DNA of 64,000 bases from Rickettsiales bacterium UBA4270 (GTDB lineage: Bacteria > Pseudomonadota > Alphaproteobacteria > Rickettsiales > Deianiraeaceae), in assembly GCA_002395105.1 (NCBI GenBank), contig DGWA01000011.1:9840-73839 (forward strand). Reading direction: 5' to 3'. A program made the translations under genes and the position numbers. Positions 30,901 to 45,900 of the stretch are shown here, piece by piece. The notes beneath the pieces were generated by a model that was not told the origin of the DNA, made no database searches, and saw only the letters and a program-made list of their open reading frames with translations. How positions within the stretch are numbered: the stretch's first letter is position 1; each line of letters opens with the position of its first letter.

Positions 30901-33900
30901 TTATATTTATTTTTCCTTGTTTTAAAACACCTTTATCAAAATACCCATCATTATCATGATTTTCATTATCTTTTGATGTTTGTATCGTTTGATTATCACA
31001 TTCAATACAACCTGTTTTTATTAAATATTTGTTAATATCTAAATCATTAACATCTGTTTTAGTTATGAACTCATCACCTACAAATTTTTTACCATCTTTC
31101 TTAATATGACCTGATATTTTTGAATTTGCTTTCTCTTTAACCAAACAAGCACATATTTTTTCTGTATCAACTTCATTTTTAATTTTTTCTATATAATAGC
31201 CAAAATCTATATTTTCTAATTCTTCTTCCGTGAAAGCTCCACCTTGCGTATCCGGTGCATTATTACAACAAATAAATATTTCATTATCTTTTGTATCAAT
31301 TTTAATTCCTTTGAGTTTTTTACTACCATCGTATTCAAAATCAGCTTTATAATAATCTTTTACATTATTATCAGCATGTGTGCCGTTAGTAACAGGAAAT
31401 TCAAATGTCTTCAATTTATCTCTGTCATATTCTCTACGTTGTTGAGCTATAACCATGTTTTTGATACGTAAATTTTTATTCGCAGATGGATCAAAAACTG
31501 CGTTTTTAATAAGTTGTTCAATTTGGTCATATATTTCAATTTTATCACGTATGTTAATATCGTTATTGCTAAGTAGCAAACCTGAATCATTATTACTGCA
31601 AAACTCATAAACATCTTTTTTGTTATCAGAATATAATATTTCTAACTTTTTAAAATTACCATTATCATCAAGACTTATAACAGCATTAACAAAATTACCA
31701 TTTTTATCTTTAAAAAAATTAATCACATTGGCATTTTTGTCTTTGACTTCGATATACAATGAATTAGCATCAAATTTATTTTCATTGTTCAATTCAGCAT
31801 AAAATCTTTCTTTATCTCCTGGAAGTTTAACTACTCCTTTTTTTAAGTTACCTCTATCTTTATCAAAACTACCTGTAATTTCTATGTTGCCATTACTATG
31901 TTTAACTTTTTTAGTCAATTCTCTTGCTAAGTAAGTTACGCCCAAAACCGGAAGAGATATAGCACCGGCAAAAGCACCAGCAATAGTCTTTATTATATCC
32001 ATTTTTTTACTATTAACTTGTACAGTCCCTTCAATTATATTATTACCTGAGAACTTTCCTTGATATGTAATGTCTTTTTGTTGTAATTTACCTTCAATTA
32101 ATTGCTTGTTTTTATCAAATTTACCTTCTGAATAACTATCTTGTTTATTTACATAACCACTATATTGGTTACTGCTAATGTCGTATGACAAATAACTACT
32201 TATCTTTGAATTTTTATTCAATTTATCATTAATTTTGAGTCTGTCCAGGTCATTACCAAAATATTTATCAACTCTTTCATTATTATTATTGAATAATATA
32301 TCTGCCTCCTTTGCAATTTCAAAACATTCTTTTTTGCCATCTTTATCAATTCTTGTGATATCTGTATATTCTTCACTGCTATTGTCATAATTAAAATCAT
32401 ATTTTTTTATACCGTTGTTTACTTTACTGTGAATTTCTACACTTTTGATAACACTATCTTGACACGTTTCATACTTTTTAAAGTCATCACTTTCTACTAT
32501 ATTTGTAAAGTTTTTTCCGTCACCACGAAAATCATTTAATACTTCGTATTTTTGTTTTTCATCACTATACTTATAAACCCTATATCCATCATAACGAGTC
32601 GTTTCCGTTTTCATTGTTCCTTCATAATTTAAATGTATACCGTTTGGAAACTCAATTGCTATTTCTTGTTTTATGTCAATGCGATCGTTTGATGCTTGAA
32701 AAATAAATTTTATTGGTAAAGTCGAATTACATTTTTGATAGTCACTAAGCTCCTTTATAATATCTTTTATTACAGCATCATTACTATGTTCGGTTTGTTT
32801 ATAAATAAAATCTTTTAAAAGATCAACATTGTTTTCGTTAAACAGGCACAAAATTTGACCGGATAATTTATTGTCTATAAAATTTGCTTTAATATCAAAT
32901 CCTTCTCCTTTAATTTCTGCTTGTCCAGTTTTGACGAGTCTGAAATTTTCTTCTTTTACTCTTGTCTTGATTTCGCAATTATCAAAAACTGAATAAGATG
33001 ATTTTAATTTTGCCACGATTACTTTATGAGCACTGTTAAATTGCACGTCTTTACTAAAATAATTTGATTCTCCTTCTTCAAAAGAACCTACAATTTCTCC
33101 GCTATTTAAGTCTTTTTCTGTTTGCTTGTATACAACATATTCATCGTCTTTAATCCCAAATTCTCCAGAAACTTTGCTTGGTTTAATAATACTATCAAAT
33201 TTATAATTAGTATCACTACATCTTTTTTTCATAAATGTCTTTTTCATCTTTTGATCATTGTAGTTCATCGTATTAATTATAATTTCATCGGTATTTGTAT
33301 CATTTTGTATTTCATATTTTACTCCTTTATTATTTCTAAAAAACTCAACTAAATTATCCTTACAGTTTTTTATAAAACTTTTAGCGTTTTTAAAATTAAA
33401 ATTACCTTTAAATTTATACAACAGATTTAATTTACCTTGATCGTTATATTTTCTTAACACGAAAGTATCGTCTGATCCTTTTTCTATTTGTAATGATACA
33501 CGACGATTTTTATTTCTAATTGTTCCTCTGTTACCGCCACTACCATCAAACATGATATCATCTGTTATTTTAACGTCGTCAGGTAAATCGTTACATATAT
33601 CACCAAAAAATCTTAGATCTTTTACAACGCTGTTGACGTCTGTTTTTAAAATATAATGTAATTTATGTTCATTTTCGCTAATATCATAACCTTCGGTTAT
33701 AACCGTATCGTTTTTCTTTTGTTCAACATTATAACTATTGTCTTCTTTTCGTCCTATTGAAATATCTTTGTTGCCAATATTGTCTATATAATCATAACAA
33801 AATTTACACTTCACTGTATCACCTGGTTTGTATTTTTTGTTATGAGGAAATATTTTATCGTCTAAAACATCTAAGCGTTTGGCTTTTGATACTATGTATA

Positions 33901-36900
33901 TTCCATCGCCGTGTTTTAAACCACAACTCATTTTGCCATCATAACGATCACCATTGGCATATATTACTTGCATTTCACCATTAGGAAGCCCGAAATTATA
34001 AATAGGAAGATCAACAATTCCGTATTTGTCCTTAGCATATTGTATATAACTAAAATTTCGTTCAACATTACTAATCGTATTTTTAATATTATTAATCTTA
34101 TCATTTTTAACACTTGTAAGTTTATCCATTTCATATCGACAGTTAAATGTTCCTTCATATTTATTTCCTTTCAAGTCAATAACTTTACCTTTAAACTCTG
34201 TTGAATTTATTTGTTGCTCTAAATATAATGAACATTTGTATTTTTTGTCTCCATTTACAACAAACTGATATTTTTCAGGTACATAATCGATATTATCATT
34301 TATTTCAAAATATTTTCCATTGTTTAAAAAATTATCAAAAAATATGTGTGTGATTTTATTTTTTGTATTAATCTTAAAACCATATGTTTTACCTTTATTA
34401 TATAAATATTCTACACGTTCTGCTTCTTCACTGTTTATTTGTGGCATCCTATCCTCGCCTAATGGTATGTTTTTAGTGTGCGACAGTGTTGTATCATCAG
34501 TATTATATAGCATTTGTTCATATTTTTCATTAGAACTTTTTTTTAAACAAGATTTTAAATATACTTCTTTATAATTTTGTTTAAATGTAGCATCAATGTT
34601 GCTATATCTTCCTCGTACTTCATTACTTGTTCCCATTGTATCAGAGATCCTCGATCTAAATTGTAATTGTTCTTCAAAAAAAAATTTTTGTAATACTAAA
34701 TTAAATTTTTTTTTTGTAATTTGATTAACAATAAGATTGTTACGTGTTGTACTTTTGTTGACATAATCATTATGTATTTTAGAAACTTCACAATTTCCTT
34801 TTCCTGCAACATCATATATTTCTGATTTTAAGATACAGTTTGAATTATTATAATTATAAATTGAAAATTTATTACTTAAACTATTTTTCTCTGTTAATAC
34901 AAAATCGTCAATCGTTAATTTACCTTCTTTCCAAGTACCTGTAAGACAATAAGATTTATTTTTATTAAAATTAATAAAATCAAAAATTTTTTTTTCTTCC
35001 TCTGATAATCCAAAATTAAAACCTGCCAAAGGAACAGTCATGTCAAGATCTTCATTACCTGCTGTATTTGTACTAGCATCCTTAACAAGAGTATGTAGTT
35101 TACCTGATCCATCTTCTTTTCCTTGTTTAAATTCTCCTTCGTAAATAATATTATATTTTTTATATGTTTTCTTGCAATCATTTCCGTTAATAAGAAACTC
35201 ACTGTTTGTTTCATCAAAAACAAAGTCACCTTCAAGCTTACAATCCTCATTTTCTTCAAGACCTTTAAATGTATAATTTTTAAGTAAGTCTCTGTAATTA
35301 TTAATATCTATTCCTTCCGTATTTATTTGTGTTGCTTGCAAGCAAATATTCGACATCATGCTCAGTTCAGTATTGTTATCAATTGATTCTAAGTCTAGAT
35401 TAATACTGCTATTTAATTTATAAACTTCAGTTAAAATATCAGCAGCATTTTTTACAAAAATAAACTTTGGTTTATTACTATTCTCTGGAACATAGATAGC
35501 TTCAAATACTTTTTCAAAATTTTGACCTTTCTCGTCTTCAGCATTAAATATTTTTTTACAAGCTTTACCGTAGCGATTATATTCAATTATATCATATTTA
35601 CCATTTTCTTTAAGTGTAGCTTTTTTTTTGATAAACACTACTCCTTGTTGCAAATCAATATCATTATTATCTGAGCCAAGAATGTTTTTTATATCTTCTA
35701 CTTTTAGACCTTCATCTGCAAATTCAAAATAACTTTTTGTTCTATTTGTTTTAACATCTTTGATATATAAATTAACTATTTTGCCACCTTCATTAAAATT
35801 TACTTCAATACTTGTATCGTTTTTTACGAATCTCTTAAATTTATGTTTTTCCATTATTAAACGCTTAGAAATATCAAAAGTTAAATTGTCAGTCCAATTG
35901 CCTTTAACCATAGTGAAACCTGTTACATCAAATTTAACTACACCATTGTCTTTGTCTTTTATTTGTAGTTGTTGCTGTGCAATTGGTACTTGTTGTTGCA
36001 CAACATTTGCTGGTACAATATTATTAACTTGCCGTACATCAAAGTTATAACTTCCAACGCCAATTGGTTTATCAGATTTTACGTTCCCTTTATATTTATA
36101 TAATTCGAAGTTTATTTCACCATTGTCATCATTAAGAACATATCCTCCTTTTTTATCATCTTCAAATTTACCTTTGTAAATGATTTTTTTCTCTATTTTT
36201 TTTCCTTTAATAATTTCGCCTTCTTGTGTGTAATCTCCAGTAAGTATGACTTTGTCTTTTTTTGTTTTTTGTATATCTTGTTCTATATTTGTTAATATAT
36301 CTTTATCTAAACGTTTAGTATCTGTTAAATAACCATTAGAGTCTTTTTGTGCATCTGGTTTGAAAACTTGAATTCTTACGTTACCGACAGTAATTTGTCT
36401 TTGTTCTGTATCAATATTTTCAAGATTAATTTCTTGTTCTTCATTTTCAACATTACTGCCAGCATTGTTATTAACAATTTCTTCTTCAGCTTCACAATAT
36501 GTTGTTAGCAACAATTTATTTATTTCATGTGAATTACCATCGTATATATAATCAAATTCTTGTGAACTTGTATTTGTTGGATTTCCGTTATAATCACATT
36601 TATAAAATGCAGATTTAACTTTAATGTCTCCTGGATTTGGACCGATAGCAGTGAATTCAACTGTATCATATTGTTCTGGAGCTATTTGCTTCTTGTGTAA
36701 TGTGATGTGCTCATTAATATCATACAACTTTTCTTCTGTGATTTCATTATCACGCCCTTTAATATATCGTTTTATTTTTTCCGTTCGATTACCTCCTTCA
36801 TCTGAATAATAAACTTTTCGTTCAGAAATGTAATAAACTTCCGCTCCTTCTTCTTCTGCAGTTTTTTGTTCATCTATTGTTTCTGTATACCAACAGTTAT

Positions 36901-39900
36901 TATCTTGATGATTATCTTCAAAATATTTTGACGTTATTGTTATTTTTTGGTTATCACCACTGACATAAGAATTGTTTTTAAACTTTAATGTTACTTTTGA
37001 GCCCTTAAACATATATCGACCCGATTTTGCTTCATCATATTTTACTATTGGTATTCCTAACAATAACACATCGCTATCAAAATATTCTATAGTTCCTTCA
37101 CCACATCTACAATCGTATTTAAATGGTCCTTTATATAGTCGTCCATCGCACATTTTTTCAGTACCGTTATCATCGTGTACTTGCATGTTTTTATTGAATT
37201 TACATTCATGTGTTGTTAATACTCCACCGATATCACGTTCTAATTCTCCCACTTTAGTTTTTTGTAAAAGAATAATTTCTCTTTTACCTTGTTCTGTTCC
37301 ATTAAATTTCATTGGATCAATATCGTCATTATTATACGTTCCTTTGTAATCATAATATTTAATATGTTTTAATGTACTTTTACTGTTACATATTTCACGA
37401 TCAAAAAATACCTCATCAGGATCTGTTGTTTTAAAGCAAAACCCTGTAATATTATTACCATCATCTTTACAACGTTTTGCAAGCAATTTGAATTTTCCAT
37501 AATCTATACCTACTGTAATATTTTTTACATCTTTTATTTTATATTTGTAATATTCTAAATTATAATATTTTTCTATTACAGACGTAGATTCTTGTGCTAC
37601 ACTAGCTTGTTGTTGAACTGGTTGTGCATGTTGTGCTGGTACTGTTAGTTGTGATTGTTCTAAATCTTGAGATATATCGTCATAAATATACGCATATTGT
37701 TCTTTGTTTGTTTTTAATGTTATATTTAATTTCCCAGCATTGTCTTCTTTAGTATATTTCTCGGTAAGACTAACTAACAGATCATTACTATCACCTAGTT
37801 TATAATCTTGATTGCAAAAAAATGTCGTTACAGTATTTGTCTTGGTACCATTTGCATTATTATAATTAGTATTGACATAACCTGTTTGATCATAAGTATC
37901 TTTTCCTCTTCTTGTGATAATATCACCAACTAATGTGTTTTTATAAACTTGCGAACATTTATCAAATGGTACTGCTTTAAGAATATTTTCAATTTTAAAA
38001 TCAATTATCGTACCACTTGGAATACCATCTTTTATATTTTTTTGATCTTCACTTGAAAGTGTGCTTACCTCACAACCATTATTTCCAACACTATATTTAA
38101 ATAAAAGTTTACCATTTTTATATTTTGATATTTCTTTAACTTTTTTATCATTATCTAATTGCAACAAAGTGCATTCACCATTATTATATGTAACTGCAAT
38201 ATTATCTGGTAGTTGTAATGTAATTTTTTGTGAAACATCAATTGTAAAATCTTTACTAAATGTTGCATTAATAGTACATCCTTTTTTTAAACAGAAACAA
38301 TTTAGACTGTTTTTATCGTCTTTTTTTTCAACATAATTTTTAGTTAATTCATTATTGGTTAAAAAATTCAAAAAAGCTTTACATTTATTGCTATCGTCGC
38401 TTGTTACGCAAATATCGCACCCTTGATTATGACCAACTGTAATACGTCCAAAACCTCTATGACGACCTGCAGAAAAATTACCTTCATAAACATTATCTTT
38501 TTCGTATGTTTTTTTTCCAAGACCATGTTCTTTCCCTTCTGAAGTTTCACCTTGGTAAAAACTGTTTTCATAAACAATTTCGCATTTTTCTCCATCAATA
38601 CATACTTTACCGTCTTTTTTATATTTAAAAGTACCTACATAAAAAATCTTTTTTTCAGTATCAAGATTGTATCCTTCTAATACTCCATTATTATTATTTT
38701 TCATTATTTTCGTTATTTCAACATCATTTTCTTTTATTTTTAAGCCTTGAATGTCCCTACTACTACTTGAATGAGTAACATCGCGTGACATAACATCGTT
38801 TATAGCATTTTCTTGGCTTTCTGAAAGATTGTATTCTCTAATAGTTCCATATGCTTTAATTTCAGTCGGAACCTCATTACCTAAGTTTTCTTTTTTTATG
38901 TCTGAAAGTCGTAAACCTTCTGTACACCCAAACAATTTTAAGTTTTTTAAATAACTTTGTTCATCAACTTCGCATAAAAGCAGTTTTGATGTACTACTTG
39001 TTTTTTCTTTTTCTATATCAACATCAGTTATCTTTATATCGCATTTACCTAAATTATTATACTTAGTATATGATGGCCGATTACTTTCATCTAATTGATA
39101 TTTAATTCCTCCGTGTAATTCTATCTTTGGAAATTCAATAACAGTATCGACAACAAAATCTCTTAGTTTATTAAATTCAATCCCTTCATCTTCAAAGAGT
39201 TGATCATTTGGGTTTACTCCGGTGAATTGTTGGCATATTTGCTGATCATATTGTTCTAATTTTTTTCCTTGTCTTGCAAAATATTTCACATAACACTTTT
39301 TAAAAATAGTTTCGTTAGCTGAGTTTTTACATTCATTATATTTAGATAAACTTACAAAGCGTTTTATTGTTTTTTTAGTGTTATCGACGTTATGTTTTTT
39401 AAGTTCTACCCTAAGAACATTTTTTTCAATTGTTCCACGTACAAATTGATATTTGACTATATCTACACAATATTCATCCTGGTTGTCTCTTGTTTTATAT
39501 TCTTTTATCAACAACAATTTTTTACCATTAATTTTGGCTCCCGAACATTGAAAATCCATTCTCCAGGAATAATGTCGTTCTTTATTAATTTCATTAATCA
39601 CGTCTTTTTTTAATTTCACTAAACCATTGGAACCTATAAAAAAACTATTAAAATTATCATCGTTTTCAAAAACAATACTTGCTGGATGACTTGTAGATTT
39701 TACACTTACCATTTGTTCGCCCATCAACTGAAGATTACTAAATTTTCCTTCGACTAAATAACCAAGATTTTCATAAGTACATGTACCTTGTTTAAAAACA
39801 CCTTTATTAAAAGTACCGTCTAAAGTAACATTGCAAGTAATGTTTGGTTTACCAAGTGTGATTTTCTTTTTCAATGTTCCTTTTCCTTGATACAAACTAT

Positions 39901-42900
39901 CATCTAAAAAAAGTAAACTTTTTCCGCTATAATACTCAATCTTTTCACCTTCTTTATTATAAGTATAAAATTCACCTTTACAATATTCATCTTCTTTTTT
40001 CACTTTTGCATATATATAATCATCAGAACATGATTTTTTGTTGAAAGCTTCTACTGTTGTATCATCGTTTATTTTGGTATTTTTTTCATTTAAAAATTGT
40101 TTGTTTTCTAATTTAGATATAGTTTTTGAATATTCAGTAAGCTCATTATTCTTATTACAAGCCATTTTATATGCTTTTTCAACTTCTTCATTAATTGCAT
40201 ATTTTTCACTTATTTCACTAGGGTTTTCTTCTCTATATTTAAAAATAGCTTTTTTTATAGTATTATTATCATATTCAAATTCAATTTCACCACCATGATC
40301 TAAAATATTACCACCTTCATCATTAGCCAAACCTTTATTATTACAATATAACGATTGTTTAGTTATTTTTTCTTCTCCATTTCGTATAGTAGAAAAAATT
40401 TTTCTTTCATCCGAAACTTTATTGCCATTTTTTTGTATAAACTCCTCAATAAATTTACCAACGTTATCCGGTTTTTTACGCGATATTTCTGTTGTTATTA
40501 TTCTATTTCGATTATCCGTACTTTTTTTATTATATTTCTCTAAAATACCGTTAGAAAACGATACTTCAATAGTAGAATTATCGGTGTCTTTATATGAAAC
40601 AGACGCACTATCTTTATTGAATTTAAGCAAAAAGTCATCTGCTTTAAAAATGTTTTCTTTCGTTGTATCAATATTACCTTTATGGAAATTACAATGTCCT
40701 GCTTCTCCTTCTACATCTACTTTAAAAATAATTGACGGTGAGTCATTAATGTTAAAAACTCCATTGTTGCCAATAAATTTTAATAATTTAGCAAGAGATG
40801 TATCTTCTTCGTATCCATACAATGTAAATGGTTGTTCTTTTTTTATTTTAAATTCTTGTGCCACTCCGTGCGCACCATAGAGTTGAAATGGACCTTTATA
40901 TTCAAAATCAGGATTGTTAGATTTTAATGTTCCACCATCTTGAAATGCAGTTTGACTGGCAATACCTTTATAGTGAATTTCGCTATCATAAATGTCTCCA
41001 TTAAACAAAACACTACCATCATCAAAAATATCTTCATATCCTTTAAATAAAAATTTATTATCTGTTAAATTGTTTAGAGTAAAAAAATTTCTATATTTCA
41101 ATATATAATGTCTATTTTGGATTTGCCCTTCATCATCATTTTCTTTTATCATCACATCTTTTTCAGTAATAAAAAAATCGTTTTTAAATTTTTTATCTAA
41201 AAACAGTTTATCGCTTTCCTTTACAATGTCTTCTTTAAAATTTAAATCAAAACATTGTCTTATACTTTTTACAGTCTCAGAATCTTCTGCTTGTTTTGAA
41301 AACAAATATTTTCCTTCGACCTTCTTATTAGCGTCCAATTCATTATCTATAAATTGTTTTAAATTTTCACTATCACCATCGCTTGTATGATAATCAATAG
41401 TTAAGCCGTTATAACTCGCAGTATCTTCATATTTATAAACTTTATATTCTTCAATTTCAAAAGTCGTTTCATCTTTATTATATCCGTCAATATCATTATT
41501 GGTTAAATCTTCATCTTTTTTATTATATTTGATTTTATGCAACGTTAAATTACTAAAATCGTTATTATCTATGTCATACCCATCAGCGCCATATAAAACT
41601 CTACAAGCACGATCAAAAATTTCAATAGTTCCATTGTCTTTACTTTCTTCATTACCTTCATTATAAAATATATAATTTCCATTATCATCCATCTTCCTAC
41701 TTACAGATTGTATTATTTTAACGTCATCTTGAATATTATAATTATTTAATAATCCCAAACAATATTCTTTGTTCTTTTCTTTTAAAATCTTTTTTAATCG
41801 CCTTCCCTTGTTGTTATCGGATTCTTTACTAACTGTTAAATCTTGTGTTTTTTTCCATTGATCATTGTTAAATACATGCATGGTAATGTTATCCAATACA
41901 TCCTGATGGTTAACTATTATATATTTTAAAACAAGCTTTTCTATACTTCTATTATTACGATAATAAATTACGGTTTCTTTTTTATTGTCATTAGACTGAT
42001 AATTTACAACAACATTGCTATTGAAGTCAATAAAACTATCTTTTGTAAAATTACAAATTATTTCAGCGTTTTTAATTTTATCACTACCATTCTCTATATT
42101 AGCCGTTCCAAGAATATCTGCAAGATATGTATCTTTTTCTGACTGCTTAATAAAACGACTAAATAAAGATAATTCTTGACCGTTATTTTGTTCTGCGTTT
42201 TCATTAAAACGAATATTACATTTATTCACTGGTTTGCCTTGTGCAAATTCCGACTTTAATTCAAGTCCACAACTGTACTTTTTAGTACAATTTTTACCGT
42301 TCAGCATTCCATTAGAACTAAATGTTCCTTTGCACAAACTATTTTCTGCATCATATTTTATACCTTTTATACTGCCATCAGCTTTTTTAGTAAAATGACT
42401 GATAATTCTATATTGTTCTAAATCAAAATCATATGGAATATTATTTTGCTCTACTGTAAGTGCATCTTGTGCATTCGACAAATCAAATGATTCTTCCATT
42501 TGCTCACCATCGACTTTACTAACTTTCGTAACTTTTTTTAATAAGTATATGTTGTTGTCATCGTAATCATACTTATAACATTCGCTTTCACCTATTTTAC
42601 CACCTTTGTCATCGCAATTTTTTATGTAATTTTTAAGTCTGCCATCTTCGTCATAAATCAATAAATTATATTTTCGTGAATCCGGATTAAAAACAACTAA
42701 CCGACATATTTTTAATCTCTTGTTTTGTCTTACAGTTTCTTGATCTACAACTGCTTCTAATTTATTGCTAAATCTAAGTTGCTGACAGCCAACTAATATA
42801 TTTTCTATTCTTTCGTTGTCTTCAATACTTGCAACTTTTTTATAACGATTAATGATGTTTTCATAATTAACATGATATTCTGTTTCCGAAGAAGTTGCAA

Positions 42901-45900
42901 AAAAATCAATACTAAAATTAAGTTTATTTTGTTTAATGTTTTTGCATTCTGCCTTGAGAATTTTATTTTCTTGAGAAAATGTACCAACAACTTCAATGTT
43001 TTCACAAAACGTTTTAGTTGTTAATCCATCGGCTGAAAAAGAGCAACAATCGCGTCGAGAATCTAAAACACTGTTTATCCACGTACCTTCAATAGTTTCA
43101 TTTTCCTGCAATTCAACATAATTATTCACGCCATATTTAACTTTTAATTTACCTGAACTTGTATTTTTTAATTGGCCACGACCGTCCATTTTATTATCAC
43201 GTAATGAACCTTTATATTCGGCAGTTTGGTTTCGTTCTTCATTGAAATTCAAATATTTCACCACAGCGTTCTCACATGTAAAATTCAATTTGTTTATATT
43301 GTCAATCAAATCATCTGGACTATTAATTTCACTGATTTTTTCAACACCTTCTTTTCTTCCATCATACGATAAAAAATCATATATATTTGATTTGTCATCA
43401 TAATATGCAATTCCACTATAGATACCTCGTTGTTTTACATCCCTAAAATCTTCTAATAATATTTCTTCGCATTGAATTTTATCTTTTGAAATTGTAATTA
43501 AACCATTTGTTTTTATTTTTGCATTTTTTATGTCTAGTTGTTTTTGTCGTTCAAAACAGTTTTTAAATGTTGCTGATTGTCCTTCTTCTTTAATGCTCTT
43601 TAAAATTTGGCTTTCGGAAACTTCTTTATTAAGAGTTCCTTCTTCTTTTTGTTTTTTATAAAATTCAAAAAGAACTTTAGAACGATCTTCTGCTGATGTA
43701 GTATCTATAGTAATTCGAGCAGCAGATTTTAGCATGTTGTCATTACCATAAGCAATTGCGCTTATTTCTTGTTCGTAATCTGGAGAATATAATGTTTTTC
43801 CTTTATCATTACATCTTGTTTTTTGTAAAATAGTGAGACCTTTTTTATTATATTCTACATTATTATAGTAACAATCTCCACCATTATTATCAATATAAAT
43901 TTTTTTTAAACTATTTTTATCGACCCAAATTTGTTGCTTAATTTTAGGAGGATTAGGATTTCTATAACATATTCTATCAAACAATGCTCCATATGTAGTA
44001 ATGTTGCACATTCCCTGTTCTATTTGTTCTTTGCTATCTTGATCTTCAAAATCTAAAAAATTTTCTCCTAGTTTGTTTCCAATATATCTTCCTAAACCGT
44101 CATCTTTAAAAAAAGCAAAACTCGCCAATATTTCACCGTTTTCTTCTTGTACACCTTTTTTGATTTTTAATGATAATATTTTTTTTTCATCTTTTTCAAG
44201 ATCACTATTATCATAAACTTCTTCTAAAGTTAATTTGTTGCCGATATAATTATAACATCTTCCATCGTTGTTATGCATAATTTTCGCATCTTTGTTTATA
44301 TAGATGATGTTTAAATCTTTATTAAATTTTCCTTCCAATTTATCATCTTCTACAAAACAATCATTGCATACAAAAAATCGATCTTTATATTCACTAATAT
44401 CATATCGAGCTTTTATTGTCAATTCACCTTCTACATCATTTTCACTATACTTGCCTTTAAAATGATAAGCACCAGACATAATTTCTGCATTATTGCAAGA
44501 TAATTTAAGATCTCCTTCAGATTCAACAAATTCACCTTTTTCAAAAAAAATTCCTATTTTGTCTTTAAAACTAGCTACAGTGCCTACATATGTGCTGTCT
44601 TTAGAATTTTTATAAGTACAGGATAACAGTTTTTCATTTCTATATTCTTCATCATTTAACAACATAGAAACCTCGTTCTCGAAACTTGAGCTAGAATAAG
44701 AATTGATAATTCTTTTCTCTTCTTCAATTATATTACCAAACTCATCGCGTAGTAAAAACGGATCTTTTACTTTGTACCTTTTAGGAATAAACGTCAATCG
44801 CAACTCTTTGTCTTGTTTTTTTATTATAACTTTTTTAAATAATCCTTGTAAAGTTTTTTCAATAGATGTCGAATCGGATTTCTCGTTCCCATTTTGGTCG
44901 CAGTTAAATATAGTTTTTATAACTTCTTCATTTTCAAATTGTTCTGATATATATTGATTAGTGTTATTATTAATATGAATCATTTTTTCTACTCCTTTAT
45001 TATTTAAATCTCCTAAATGTTTATGTATTTTTTCTACATCAAATCCTTTTTTGGGACCTAAATTGTTAAGTAAGTTTTCTAAATCATTAACAACACTGTT
45101 ACCGAAATCATTGCTAGTATCTCCATTGAAGAAATATTTGCTTTTGAAACGAATTTTTTCATCTTCGATATTGCTATCTTCAACAATATCATCAGTGACT
45201 TTAATACATTTTCTGTTATAATAGTATTCAAAACTTTTGCCATCGTTTTTAATAACTATAACAGGAGTCTCTGCCTTACCATCTCTAAAAGTTGCTAACA
45301 CTTTATCGCCTTTATTTAATTTAATTCCAATCATCTTTCGATTATAAGCTCTGCCTGCATACTTAACGCTTAAAGTAAAATCTTCTAAAACTTTCAAAGA
45401 ACCACCTTCATCTTCTTCTTTTCCATTCATAATATTACCTGTGTATTCATATTCTTTCCGTGCTTGATATTTACAAACTTCGCCTTCTAAAATGTTATCA
45501 TCTAGAAAATCACCTTCAAAAACGATGTTACCATCGTCATCAAACATCTTTCCTTTGCCGTTTTTCTTATCATCTTTATAATTGCCAAAAAATCTAATTC
45601 CACCGTTATCATAAAAGGTTTGAAAAAAACCATTTTTAAGATCATTACTGTAAGAACCATCTTCAATAAGAATGTTGTTTTTGAAAGTCTTACCTCTACC
45701 GTTTTTTTTACCATATTTGAAAGTTCCTAAAAAATAAGATTCTTCGTCCTCTGCGTATAATTTACCTAAACCGTGCCTTAAACCTCCTCTATATTGACCT
45801 TCATACTTTATAACCCCATTGTCATAAAATTCTTTAACAAGATCACCTTCTCTTTCATAGTCTTTATACGATCCTTGATATTTTCGTACCCCATTTTTGT

